From positions 68,820,001 through 68,884,000 of the forward strand of contig OX597817.1 of the NCBI GenBank assembly GCA_951406725.2: DNA of 64,000 bases. The letters run 5' to 3'. The stretch comes from Octopus vulgaris. Its lineage: Eukaryota. How positions within the stretch are numbered: the first letter of the stretch is position 1; each line of letters opens with the position of its first letter. Position numbers and translations under genes: made by a program. The notes below the pieces were generated by a model. That model was not told where the DNA came from. It made no database searches and saw nothing but the letters and a program-made list of their open reading frames with translations. Shown here in pieces: positions 38,788-52,792 of the stretch.

Positions 38788-39509
38788 GATAGATAGATTT
38801 ATTTATGCATATAGGTGCATGCATCTACACACACACATACCCATACACATATACACACTTAAATGGATTGATATAAAGCATTGTAACTATGAAAAAATAA
38901 CAAAATAGTTGGTAGAATCAAAAGTTAATATATAAATATTTATATTGTTTCCATAGAAACTAAATGGAAACAGTGATTCAAAGTGGAAATTCATAGAAAA
39001 TAAATAAGAATGTTCATTTTATTTTAGTTCTTTTACACATAAATAGGAAGAATGATGCAATAAAACTCTATTCATCAATGAAATTGAAGTCATTTAAATT
39101 CTATCTTAATGCAACAAAGAGAGAAAATACAAAACCAAAGGTGATAGACCTAATCTACCCTCTGCTTTAACACTACCACCATCTCCATGCACACCTGGCC
39201 CTTGGGAGCCTTTCCATTGAGTTTGTTCTGATGTGAGCACTTTGAGTAAGGCTCTGATCTAAAGAAAGTGTATGACGCTTTCTACTTCAGCAGGAACCTA
39301 TGCGCCAAGTTACTTTGTCTATTACTTTCTGTCATCTTGCTCTTGTTTGACATCACAACACCAAGATGTTGATGATTATGATGATGATGATGAAGAGGAG
39401 GAGGAGGAGGAAGGTGCTGCACTCATAAGATTTGCAAATCCTTCTTGACTGGTGATGTATACATTTGGATCATACTCCAATCTGTGGATAACTAGTAAAG
39501 TAAAGAACT

Positions 39510-39836
39510 CCTATGATCACTAATGACCATGGGATTGCACCTAGAAAGTTCCCCTCCTAGGCACAAGCCCAAGCAAAGTTGTTTTTATGAAAGGCCAGCA
39601 ATTCCCCACCTTTGCATACTGGCCTCACCTTTCAACACCACCTATATTGTCCAAAGGAAAAGCAAAAGCTGATAAAGCTTGCCACCAGTGATGTTGCAAT
39701 TCATTTCTACAGCTGAATAAACTAGAGCAATTTGAAATAAAGTGTCTTGTTCAGGAACACAGCTTGGTCTATGAATTAAACTAATTACTTCATGATTGTG
39801 AATCCAAGGCTCTAACCACTAAGCCATGCACCTTCA
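39510..39836 (-). mobile_element. SINE family C
   Basis: Diverged reverse complement of 13431-13766. Confidence 0.8.
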
Positions 39837-39940
39837 TTTGGTTACAGTGTTGGTATATAACTAGGTACCTTGATGTTGCACATTTATGAAGGCACATGAG
39901 GCACGTGGCCTAGTTGTTAAAAGTGTTGTGCTCATGATCA

Positions 39941-39973
<33 letters not shown>

Positions 39974-40439
39974 CTTTGATTCCTGGACCAAGCAGCATGT
40001 TGTGTCCTTGATTGAGGCTCTGACACAACACTTGGTCAACATGGTCATGTAGGCCTACCACCTGCATAGATACACTGGCAGTGCTCAGGCTTTCATACAG
40101 TAGTGGATCAAACCACGGCTGAATGAATGGAATCAAGTGCCACTGGTCCTAAATCCCAAAATTACATGGTGATTTATTATATATAAGTCACCCAATTTTT
40201 ATAAGACCATGACAGGATTCTGATTTCAAACTCTTTAGAACTGCATGCACAGAATCTTTCTATACATCAAAACTTTCAGCACCAAACATTAACAAAATAT
40301 AGGTAAACAAGCAAAACGCCCCCCTGATGCTGAATTGTCAAATAATTAAACCAAATTTTCTCAAAACAACTTGTACAACCATCCCATAGGTCTCCCCTTT
40401 GAGAAACACTGATTTAACCTAAATTTGAGACACCAGCAA

Positions 40440-40756
40440 AAGAAGAAATAAAGATAGAATTTTTTTCTATTCCAAAGAAAAACGATTTTATTCACATAAA
40501 TATGCAACCGAAGAGTTTAAAGTACCAGTAAGTACGTCACAACAGCTGATGTACTTACGCGTATAAATGCACATTTCCACGGCTTTATCAATCGCATTCT
40601 CACCTGGAATCGATTTTTGTAATATTTTCAAGATTTATACACGCCCTGATACAGTCGATATCTACATATCAAATTTGAGCGCAATCAGATGGAGGATGCC
40701 CGAGATCCTAGAAGATACACACACAGACAGATAGAATGGATTTTATATAATAGATA
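40440..40756 (+). mobile_element. Helitron/Helentron (HINE/Lep1-like) non-autonomous 3' end
   Basis: CpG-retaining segment ending caaatttgagcgcaatcaga...acacagacagatagaatggattttatataatagat, resembling the ends of such elements. Confidence 0.45.
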
Positions 40757-41799
40757 ACCCATTATATCTTAATTGTGTACTTTAATCTCTCTAACCCAAG
40801 AGGATATCTCTGTGTGGCTATCGGACCTGCTAGAAATAGGAGCATTAAATAATGTAGTCTTATATACACTGTGCCTGAATAAAAGACAGGATGTTCAAGT
40901 TTGGGCTACTTTTAATCATAGATCTACTCAGTTGAAGCTAACTTGGGGGCAAAAACAACAACACTAACTTAAGTACAAGAGATATTGAATTAGACTTAGT
41001 GTCATGTATGTGTGTGTGTATATCTTTGTGTGTGTGTGTCTGTGTGTCTTTGTGTGTGTGTAAGTGTGTCTTTGAGTGTGTGTTTGTCACGCTTCCCCAC
41101 CCCACTGCTTAACTTGACTAAACTAAGTACCAGACCTAAAAATAAGTACTAGGATTGATCTGTTTGACTAAAACCCTTCAAGACTGTGTCCTAGCATGGC
41201 TGCAGTCCAAAAATTGCTTTAACATTGTTTGAAACTGTTTTAAAAGTTGCTAATTGGCAGCAACAGAAGTAGTATTGATACTAAAAAGGCAATCTTGAGT
41301 TCTAACTTAATGCGAAGGTTGTGTCAGAATACAGAGTAAAGTCCAAAAATTGAACTCACTACCTCATGGTTGTGAGCCTAACACTCTAACCACTGAGCTA
41401 TGCACCTTCACTACAGAATACTGTATTATTTATTTTGAGAGAATCTCTAATAATGACTCTTGAGGAATATAAGTACATGTAATTATATCGTTGACTGAAT
41501 CGTTTGCTACAGCCACCAGAACTGCTAGATCTCATGATTTCACCCTGCCATGAGTTCCTCAGTGACAGATGTCCAGTAGCGCAATAACAGCTGAATGTTC
41601 CATCAATGATATATAGAAGCTCAGTATCTATTCAGGCATTAGTATCAGAAATAGTCCATGGGAGTATTAAAAAATAATTAAGAGCAACAGAAGGAGAATT
41701 ATTACCAAAATATAATCTTGATCTCCAAATTAACATGGAGATCCAAGTCCTTATAAGAGATCTTCTCAAAGGAAATATGACAGTTAAGTTGGAGATCAA

Positions 41800-42108
41800 G
41801 ATTGGCACTCTATCAGTTACAATGACAAGGGTTCCAGTTTATCTGATCAACAGAACAGCCTGCTTGTGAAATTAATGTGCAAGTGGTTGAGCACTCCACA
41901 GACACACATACAGAGATTCAGTGTGACAGAGAATGTGACAAAGCTGGCCCTTTGAATTACAGGTACAAATCATTTTTACCAGCTGAGTGGACTGGAGCAA
42001 TGTGAAATAAAGCGTCTTGCTCAAGGATACAATGCATCACCAGGAATCGAACTCATGACCTTTCAATTGTGAGCTGATTACCTGAACCACTAAGCCACGC
42101 ACCTTCAC
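41800..42108 (-). mobile_element. SINE family C variant
   Basis: cagctgagtggactggagcaatgtgaaataaagcgtcttgctcaagg...aaccactaagccacgcaccttca. Confidence 0.8.
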
Positions 42109-42520
42109 AGATCATGATTACCAAGTATTAAAACAATTTCATGTTAGACTGCAATCTCTATGCGCAAGAAACCTCTGTTGGCATTGGATGACATCTTGAT
42201 GAATAAACAAAAATCCCATGCAGTTTAGCTACCATACAACAAACCATAGGAATTGAACATTAATTTGTCAAGTTCATGTATAAGTGTCAAACTGAGTACT
42301 GACTTTGTACTAAGTAAAATGTATCAGGAAATTCAAAATGTCACTCAAGTTCAGTCTGATGTAACAAACAGAAGACCAACTGATACAATATTCATAAAAA
42401 TAGTTTTTATTTTGTCTAGAATTCAGTACCAATTTGCTAATAAAACTTTTTATTTTCTGGTGTTGGTCATATAGTAATTTGCCTAAAAAATGTAATAGAC
42501 GTTATATAAAATACATAGAT

Positions 42521-42895
42521 AGGCACAGGTATGGCTGTGTGGTAAGAAGCTTGCTTCCCAACCATATGGTTCTGGGTTCAGTCTCACTGCATGGCACCCT
42601 GGGCAAGTATCTTCAACCAGAGCCACAGGCCAACTAAAGCCTTGTGAGTGGATTTGGTAGATGGAAACTGAAAGAAGCCTGTTGTGTGTGTATGTGTGTG
42701 TGTGTGTGTCTGTCTGTCTTTGTGTTTGTCCCTCCATCACAATAACTTAGCAGTTCGGCAAAAGAAACTGACAGAATAATTACAAGTCTTTAAAAAAAAT
42801 AAGGTCTGGGGTCAATTTGTTTGACTAAAACCCTTTAAGGCAGTTTTCTAGCATGGCCACAGTCAAATGACTGAAACAAGTAAAAGAATAAAAGA
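42521..42895 (+). mobile_element. SINE family A
   Basis: Head to tail, with an internal deletion. Confidence 0.88.
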
Positions 42896-44382
42896 ATTAC
42901 ACACACTTCTTTAGTTTCACACAATAGAGGTAGCACTTACATACAAGTGTATGTATCATCATCATGTTAACATACTCTTTTCCATGCTTGCATGGGTCAG
43001 GTAGAGAGGCAGATTTTCTACAACTGGATTGGATGCTCTTCCTGTTGTCAACCCCAACCTATTTTCAAACCAGCTAATATTTTCCCATGACCAGACATGT
43101 TTTCATGGAAGACTGGAAACAAGAAACACCATTGGTATGATCTGATGCTTGATTACAACTATTATACCATGTTGAGACAAAGAAATACAACTATACAAAT
43201 ATACTGAGAACTACCTAAACACACACACACACACATGCACGCACACACAGTCACACACACACACGCACACACACACATACACACACACACACAGAGTCCT
43301 ATATGTACTATGGACTTCTTTTAGTTTCCATCTACCACATCCATTCGCAAGGCTTTGTTTGGTCCAAAACTATAGCAGAAGACATTCACTCCAGGTGCCT
43401 TGTAATGAGAATGAACCCATAACCACATGGTTAAGATGTTGACTTCTTAATCACACAATCATGCCAGTGTCTATTTTTATGCTCACACACACACACATGT
43501 TAGAACATTATCCACAATGCCATGCACACTTTGCCGTCATCTATCTCTAACTCTTAAACCACAATTAGCAAGTGACAAATTTGCCACTTACAACAAAAAA
43601 AAAAAACAAAAACAAAAACACCCCAAAACAATGTATCTTGAATTATTTCTCTAATGTTTCAGTCTCAATTACTTGTTCTTAACCATACACATATCTTACA
43701 CAGCTTTCTAAATCTGGCATTTGTAGTTACAACTTAAAAAAGCCTTGGGCTGTGTGCTACCCCAACTAACTGTGACTAAATGTACAAACAAAACATGAAA
43801 CTCACTATTGATCTTACAAGCATTGTCTAGTTGCTATATATTTGCTATTGATGTATGAATATTGTCTAGTTGATATATTTCATGTTTCTGTATTTCAGCA
43901 TATAATGACCAGTTAAGTAGTGCTTTGTTCATTGAATATTACCTAAATACATCAAAGCATATTGCAGCAAGTTCTGTGTTGGAAACAGATTTCTCCGGGT
44001 GCAATTTCAATATAGTCGTTCTATAGTTCATGAAGAGATTCATGTTGCTGTTATTATTGTCATTATGGTTTCCATGGTGAGAAGAAAATTAGATTGACAA
44101 TCAAATAAATAAATAAAAAATTTATTGATATGTAAAATAACAAAAAAAAAAACAAAACAAAATTATAATCCCCCTTCCCTCGCCCATCATATTCTGCAAC
44201 ACTTCAATAAAAATAGCAATAAAAGACAAAAAAAAGAGGAAAAGTTTCCAGTTTCACAGAGTACAAAAGACAAAAAAGATTTATTGATATTTTTAGTTCA
44301 CGTTTCTTCACAACCTCATGGACATAATACATACATACACATGCATATACATATATTCATATAGAAAGTATACCAATGTACA

Positions 44383-44477
<95 letters not shown>

Positions 44478-44664
44478 ATCTATTTGTAGTGTAATAAATA
44501 TAAATTCATAGAATCATGTGGTTATCACAGAAAGCTCTTCTAATGGTCTCAGCTAACAGATCACATAGCAATCCAATACAAAGGTGTATAATGCAGAGTG
44601 TCCATGAAGCTGATCCAGTCAGGAGATCCACTTGATGAAATTGTTTCATGAGGACTATATAAAC

Positions 44665-44851
44665 CAGTGTTCCAAGACCTTTTTTTCACTTGCAATACAC
44701 TTATATTCTTTACAAAATTTGACAGCATATCTGAACTGAAACAAGAACTAAAAGTATAGCAAAAAAAATTATATTCAGGTTACACTGTGGCACACCTAGC
44801 ATCATCTCGTGGCAAACCAGTGTACCATGGCATGCCAGCTGCAGAGCACTG
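44665..44851. mobile_element. hAT MITE with 8-bp TSD
   Basis: Termini cagtgttc / gagcactg. TSD atataaac (44657-44664) and atgtaaac (44852-44859). Confidence 0.75.
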
Positions 44852-45989
44852 ATGTAAACCATAAGAAATCAGGTGGTATGACAGGTGATTATATTTATTT
44901 GACTACTCAAGATTTCAGCCATTTCACCTCTTTCTTCATGTAATAATAATTTCAGTGTGTAATAAATTATGTTTACATGTCTGTACTAACATGCATGCTC
45001 TACATTATACAATACAAGCACACTGGGTGAAATGCTTAGCGGTATTTCACCCGTTGCTTTGTTCTGAGTTCAAATTCCGCTGAGGTCAACTTTGCCTTCC
45101 ATCCATCGATAAATCAAGTACCAGTGAAACACTGGGGTCGATGTAATCGACTAGTCCCCTCCCCAAAAATTTCATGGCTTTGTGCTTTCAGTACAAAGAA
45201 TTATACAATACAAGAGCATATTCACAAGTCAGCGCAGGTAAAGAAAGCTAGTTCATCAGAACACCAGAACATCGTGACCTATCAAACCAAGTAAAATCGC
45301 AGTCATGACAGATACTGGTGTCATGCAAATGACACCCATGCCAGTGGCATATAAAAGCACCCATAGCACTCTTGGAGTGGTTGGCATTAGGAAGGGCATC
45401 CAGCAGTAGTAAACCATGCCAAATCAGACTGGAGTCTAGTGCAGTCTTCCAGCTTACCAGCCCCGGTCAAACTGTCCAACCCATACAAGCATGGACAATG
45501 GACACATACATACTTACGAAATAATAAAATAACTTAGGAAGAAAACATACACACACACACACACACATGATAACACATAAACAAAGACGTCCATACTTGT
45601 TTAATATGTATATATACATATACACATATATGTTCACACACACATATGCACACTTGAATTTATTTCACTTTTATTCAATCTGCTTAATTTATTTAATTTT
45701 ATTATTTATTTTAAATTTTTATTTCTATTTTTCATTTTTTTAATTTTTACTCCAATATACTTTAATTTACATATGCTAATAAGTAACTTAGGAAGGAAAC
45801 ATATATGCACACACACACACATGCACACATTGGTGCTGAAACAATCGACATCCATACTTGTTGCACATATATATACATATACACATACGCATGCATGTAT
45901 ACAAATATGAGCATAAATTTTAATTCACTTTTATTTCATTTCATTCATTATATATTTTTACTCTTATATAATGTAACTCAATATTCATG

Positions 45990-46028
<39 letters not shown>

Positions 46029-46350
46029 GAATTGAAATTAAAAATAATAATTTTAATGCATGCATGCACACTCATATACACACATGATAAACATGCTTAT
46101 ATATTCTTAGGCTATTGGAGTTTTTCAACCAATCAAAATGTAATCTCTGTATTGTCCTGTTTCATGACCTGAAGATTTTCCCCCCAAGCTATTTTGAAAT
46201 GCAAGCATATATTTATATAAGTTTTGTAATTTAAATTGGGTGTGAAATGAAACAATTATAAGCAATAAGGATAATTAATTAATAAATTAGTTCATATCCA
46301 ATAAATCTCTCCATTTTCAACCTTAATAATAATATTTGATATTTTATATA

Positions 46351-46563
46351 CAGGGTGGCCCAAAAGTAGGTTTACAGTTATTCAACTGTCTCTTTTGCAT
46401 TCATATATTAGCAGTTTAGATCTTGATTATAAAAAAAACTATGAAACCATTATTCTATGCTAAGTTAGTTAATTTAAGATAGAAATTTAAATGTAATAAA
46501 ATGTTTTAACAGAAATTCAAAGTGCCTACGGGATAACTGTAAACCTACTTTTGGGCCACCCTG
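46351..46563. mobile_element. Tc1/mariner-type MITE
   Basis: Perfect 31-bp TIR cagggtggcccaaaagtaggtttacagttat / ataactgtaaacctacttttgggccaccctg. TA on the left, CA on the right. Confidence 0.9.
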
Positions 46564-46662
46564 CATATATGGGGGTGCAAGCGTGGCTGTGTGGTTGGGA
46601 AGTTTGCTTCACAACCACATGGTTTCGGTTCGAACCCACGGCAACTTTGACAAGTAGATATA

Positions 46663-46861
46663 TACTCTTTTACTTGTTTCAGTCATTTGACTGCGGCCAT
46701 GCTGGAGCACTGCCTTTAGTCGAGCAAATCGACCCCGGGACTTATTCTTTGTAAGCCCAGTACTTATTCTATCAGTCTCTTTTGCCGAACCGCTAAGTGA
46801 CGGTGGCGTAAACACACCAGCATCGATTGTCAAGCAATGCTAGGGGGACAAATGCACACAT

Positions 46862-46894
<33 letters not shown>

Positions 46895-47059
46895 CACAAC
46901 AGGCTTCTTTCAGTTTCCGTCTACCAAATCCACTCACAAGGCATTGGTCGGCACGGGGCTATAGCAGAAGACACTTGCCCAAGATGCCACGCAGTGGGAC
47001 TGAACCCGGAACCATGTGGTTGGTTAGCAAGCTACTTACCACACAGCCACTCCTGCGCC
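46663..47059 (-). mobile_element. Young full-length SINE family A
   Basis: Near-identical reverse complement of 25445-25850, with shared diagnostic variants. Confidence 0.93.
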
Positions 47060-47211
47060 TGTATCTATATTTCACTTATACATTGTGAGACTAATAATCT
47101 GGTGTAGAACTCAATACATATATACTTCAGAATGAAGCGTTAGTGGAGTACAGAGTGGTAATAAGAAAATGAGAGGGCAAAGGAATAAACAAATTATCTT
47201 ATGAACTTCAT

Positions 47212-47294
47212 TAGCTTACAGCTGTTTCTGCTACTAGATGCAGTTGACTCATAGTTGAGTGCTTGAGTAACACCTTATAGCTTCATCAAAGCCT
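47212..47294 (-). ncRNA. Type I hammerhead-ribozyme-like motif (U in place of C3)
   Basis: Minus strand: ggct-TTGATGA-agcta[...]tagca-GAAA-cagctg-TA-agct. Confidence 0.6.
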
Positions 47295-47323
47295 GGAATA
47301 TGATGTGTCACTATGTGTACTCT

Positions 47324-47846
47324 CTCTTTTACTCTTTTACTTGTTTTAGTCATTTCGACTGCGGCCATGCTGGAGCACCGCCTTTAGTCGAGCAAATCGA
47401 CCCCAGGACTTATTTGCTGTAAGCCTGGTACTTATTCTATCAGTCTCTTTTGCCGAACCGCTAAGTTACGGGGATGTAAATACACCAGCTTTGGTTATCA
47501 AGCAATGTTGGGGGGGACACACACACATAAACATATACACACACATGCATATATATATGTATATTTTTTCTATTTTATTTTATTTATATTAAGGGCATTA
47601 CTATACATAAATGCCTCATGCTAGGAGGGAATCTTAAAGTCACAACTACTATAATAACCACACACTGATTTATATATATATACAACCGGCTTCTTTCAGT
47701 TTCCGTCTACCAAATCCACTCACAAGGCTTTGGTCACCCCGAGGCTATAGTAGAAGACACTTGCCCAAGGTGCCACACAGTGGGACTGAACCCGGAACCA
47801 TGTGGTTGGTAAGCAAGCTACTTTACCACACAGCCACTCCTGCGCC
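47324..47846 (-). mobile_element. Full-length SINE family A with an insertion in its internal microsatellite
   Basis: Both tail and head are present. A non-SINE segment lies at ~47560-47670. Confidence 0.88.
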
Positions 47847-47868
47847 TATGTATATATGTATATATATG

Positions 47869-47935
<67 letters not shown>

Positions 47936-50900
47936 TATGGCTGTATGGTTGAGAAGTTTGCTCCCAACCGGGTAGTTTCAGGTTCAGTTCCACTGTGTAT
48001 CACCTTGAGTAAGGGCATTCAACTATAACCCGAGGCTGATTAAACCCTTGGGACTTTGGTCATAGGTTGTTGGAGCAGAGTTGATCTGAGATGTCTAAAC
48101 AACAACAACAACAGCAGCAGAAACAGGAGTAGCAGTAGCAGTAGCAGCAACAAGAGCAACAACAATAGCATCTTCATTCAATTATCTCTCTTAGTTTAGA
48201 AGGATTAAGAAAGATTATGTCAGTGCTTCCTTCTTATTTAGATTAATAAATAAAATTGAAATTGTAGTAATACTAAATCTAGAATGACTATAGTAAGACA
48301 TGTTTTAGTTTGGTCCAAGATCAAACCAGATCAAGCAAACCTATGGTCAAAAGCCTTATAGCCAAGACATCCTCTCTTTTTAGCAAAGATATCTAAATAT
48401 GCATTATCTGATGTATGCTACCCTTTTTGCAAGGCAGTTGTATGTGGTTTGGAGGAGATTTAGTTGTTATTTCTAGCAGATTGAGCAGCCATGTAAAGGT
48501 TCTCTCAACAGCTCATAATTATTTCTAATTTAGACATGCAGTCAATAATTTTGAGGGGATGGGGTTAAATATATCATTGACCTCTGCTACTTGAGCAGTT
48601 CTTAATTTTATTGAGCTAGAAAATAATGGAAAGCAAAGGTGACCTCAACAGGATTTGAACTCAGAACATAAAGAGCTGAAAGAAATTCTACTTCGTATTT
48701 TGTCTGCTGCTCCAACAACCCTGACAATGTACAACATTTTAATTAAGGTTATTTATTTATATAGGCTGAGTATTATTAGCAGTCGCCAACAGGAAAAGCA
48801 TCAAGCCATAGAGCAAGCAACCAAAGTCTTATACAACATAGTGTAGTTGGAAACACACAAGCAGATGCATCAGAAGAGCCATCATAGTATGTGTGGATGT
48901 GTTTGTGTGTGTGTATGTGTGTGCACATGTGTGCTGGTGCAGTGTGCATTATGGGCTTAAACATGTGAAAGGCTGCTTTATAGCAGACTCAGATAAATCA
49001 TGTCAACATGGATGTAAGCAGATGTGAAAAGGATGATGTTAATCATTTACATGCTGTCATTTAAGTTTTCTAATGTTTGACTCATATTTGCATACTTCGA
49101 GCATCACATAGGGCTCTCTGACAGTTCAATTGATAATTGTCTCCAAGAAGCAGAGAAGATGCATTTCAATTATGTTATTGACTTCATGTTACAATAATTA
49201 CAAATGCAATTTCCTACTTGCTGTTGAATTCCAATAACAATGAACGACCGCAAGGTCAGAATAGATACCTTCTAAGGTCTTTCTCGGTCACATCAGACAA
49301 TGAACTGTGCAGATTTACAAACTATTATGACCATAAATTTCAAACTTTTTATCACCCATTCATTAAATGAGAGACAGCTCTAAGTTACTTATATTGAAAT
49401 GTTCATGTTTAATTAAGACATAAAACATCCCATCAAAATGTTGGAAATCTATAAATGTGTCAGAATATACAGATTGTAGTCTTGGCATGGAATTTAATGA
49501 CTTAATCTCTTCTCACTGACAGTTTAGCACGCTGATAGTTATCTTATTAGTTTAAAGCAGTAAAATGCAGTGAATAAGAATCAATATATCAAGAAAATAT
49601 CAAAAAAAAGAAGAAAGAAAAAGGAGAAAAACAAAAAGAGATAGGAAACTCTTAATTTTTGTATCAAATTACTTTCAAGCTTTGTTAAGCTCAAATAGCC
49701 ATGTTTCTTCACACATGATACATAAGTAAAATTCAATTAAGTGTTAAAGGAACATGAGTGGGTAAAGCTATTTATCATCGACTAGTTTGGGAAGAGTTTT
49801 TGTAATTTTCGTTTTTGTTTTCTTTGAGGAGATAAATATTTCTTAATTATACACTGGAAGGGATTTACGAGCTTAACCAAAACCTTGCAACAGAGCATTC
49901 ATTGAATGTTACTGTGAATAGCAATGGCATTCTCATTCCTTCAACAAAGTACTTGAAAAGATTTGTGCATCAAAGCAGATCATGGAACAAGGAAAGTCAC
50001 AATTTATGCAATTCATTGAACATGTCATCATGCCGTAAATTTGAAAACTTTGCTCACAGATTTTCCAAGTGAATGGAGAGAGTAAAATTTTAGCAGCCAG
50101 ATGATGGCTCTCAGTCTCCAAATTTCAATTTTATGCAGGGGCTCTGGCAAGGTTGTGTGGTAATGAAGTTCACTTCACAACCACATGGTTCCAGGATCAA
50201 TCCCACTGCATAGTACCCTGAGAAAATGTCTTATATTATAGTCTCAGGTTGACCAGTACCTTGCAGGTGGAAAGTTTTTAAAGAAATTTTTAAAGGAATC
50301 CTGTTCTGTACATGCATGCTCTGAGTGTGCATGGTGAACACTTCACACCTACAGATCAATCCTACAGACCAGTCAAGTACTGGGGATGATCTGTATTTCT
50401 GTAATGCATCCTAAATGTAAATGAAATTATTGTTAAAGAAGCTGTTACTGCAAACCTAACTTGAAACAGTCAGCAGAAAGATAGAGAGAGACCACTCTTG
50501 AACATTGGAATCAGAGGCATTAGTCTATTTGAGTGAAATTGGCTACAGCTTCCCAGGTTACTTTCAAGTCAAAATCTACAAATGTTGAGTTTGATATCAG
50601 TTTCTGATAGAATTAAATATTTTGTTGATTATGATTAAAATATGTAGACATCTAATTAGAAGCAGTTATTTCATTCATTTTACTCAGTACTTCTTCAAAG
50701 TCACTCACCTTACTAGAGTAAGCAATCAACTCGACCTCAAATTACATCATAATATCTTAACAAGGGAATGATTGGTTGGATAGGCTAGTCCTGTATTCTT
50801 TTGGGATGGTCCAATCTGAAATACCTTTGGTCATAAGTCTACTTGATCAGTGCCCACCTGGTCAAAACAATAATTACTTACAGCGGTTTTAACCCTATTG

Positions 50901-51645
50901 ATATCAGCCTACCCGAGACTGCCCTTCTTGGTTTAAAGCGACCTAAAATAAAATCTCTCAAAATTCTAAACACCATTTTAATAATAACAAAATTATTTTA
51001 CTCATGTTTTCTTTGTTTTAAAAATTAATTGAAACAAAAAATGAATTGCAACTGAAACAATAATGAAGATGTTAAAGTGTCATATACCCCAATTCTCTAC
51101 ATGAGGCCATGCAATTTCTAATTAGAGAAAATTCTCAAAGAAAATACAAATAAATTGGAAAGAATTTAATTAAGAGTTTAAAAGCTGATATAATTGGTCC
51201 ATTATACCATGAAAGACATTTCAGAAATGGACAAAAATAAAGTTGAACACTTTTGGAACTTGAGAAGAATTGCAAATTCATTCTGCATGAACCCAGAAGA
51301 CACAGTGCCATATGTCAGTTTTAAGTACTGAGAACTAATTGATTGATATCCAAATCACTGACATTTCTTCAGTTGTAGTAAATATTTCCATCCAATGAAA
51401 GGTCAATCAGTTATGTCTTATAGAAACAAACTTCAAAGAACAGCAACAGAATTATCAACAACACCAATAGATTCATTATTGTTCTAAGTGCAGTTTAAGC
51501 TAACAAGTTCTTATGCACATGCAACTTGCATCTGGCATTAAAAAGTTTCCCACCATTGCACTATGTGGTTGTTTCATAGGTTAGATTTAGCAGCCAACTC
51601 TCCTCAAATTATTCACCACCACCATTTAAAAAATAAATAGTAAAA

Positions 51646-51928
51646 CGTGGCTGTGTGGTAAGTAGCTTGCTTACCAACCACACGGTTCTGGGTTCAGTCC
51701 CACTGCGTGGCACCCTGGGCAGTGTCTTCTACAATAGCCTCAGGCCGACCAAAGCCTTGTGAGGGGATTTGGTAGATGGAAACTAAAAGAAGTCCATCAT
51801 ATATATATATATATATATATGTGTGTGTATATATATTTGTATGTCTGTATTTGTCCCCCAACATCACTTGACAACCGATGCTGGTGTGTTTACATCCCCG
51901 TAACATAGCGGTTTGGCAAAAGAGACCA
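51646..51928 (+). mobile_element. SINE family A (3'-truncated)
   Basis: cgtggctgtgtggtaagtagcttgcttacc...gcaaaagagacc. Confidence 0.88.
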
Positions 51929-52497
51929 ACAATAGCAATAAAAGAAGTTTAGATGCTCTTGACTAGAATGCTAAATACTGCAATTTACATTTGATTGACT
52001 TAATATTTATGTATTCAATATGCTGGACCAACAGGTTGCTCGAAAGCACATATTTCAAATCACTGTAGTGCAGCACACTTGAATGCCAGAAGTTTCCATC
52101 TACCATATTCACCTGCAAGGCATTGGTTGTTCTGAGTGTATAGAAGAAGAAACTTGTCCAAGATTATATGCCCAGTGGGACTGAACCCAAAGCCACATGT
52201 TTGCAAACCTACATTCTTAACCACTCACCCCAAATTTTTTTTAAAGTTTTAGAAGCTGATGGTATGTCATTATTTGATTCACAGGACCTTATTCAGTGTG
52301 TTGTGGATCTTTAATGGTTGAAAGTGACTGGTTCATAATATACAAGGAGCTACTCCCCACCAAACAATTTTTAAATCACTCATTATCACTCTGTGGACAT
52401 TTCTGTGGTTGCCTGGATTTTGTGGCATAAAAATGATTGGAATCCTAACATATCCACTGGACAAGACACCAGTCCATTGCAAGGTAATTCATTAGTG

Positions 52498-52792
52498 CAG
52501 GCACATGGCCTAGCAGTTAGAGCAGCGGACTCGTGGTTGAGGAAACGAGGGTTCAAATCTCAGACCGGGCGATGTGTGTGTTTATGAGCAAAATACCTAA
52601 GCTTCACGCAGCTCCAGCAGAAGGTGATGGCGAGCTTCCGCTGATTCTTTTGCCACAACTTTCTCTCACTCTTTCCTCCTGCATCTTGCAGCTCACCTGT
52701 GATGGACCAGCATCCCATCCAGGTGGGGAACCTATACGCACCGGGAAACCGGCCCTTATGAGCAAGGCGTGGCTTGAGAAGGAACAAACAAA
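52498..52792 (+). mobile_element. tRNA-derived SINE (C-related, different tail) nested in an opposite-strand SINE C (52440-52940)
   Basis: A box TGGCCTAGCAG and B box GGTTCAAATCT. The host SINE sequence resumes at tttacagctgagtggactgg. Confidence 0.8.

Noticed and set aside
42380-42500. Minus acceptor followed by KLLY, resembling the start of the last GT7 exon
   Set aside because: Wrong phase, and no further similarity.
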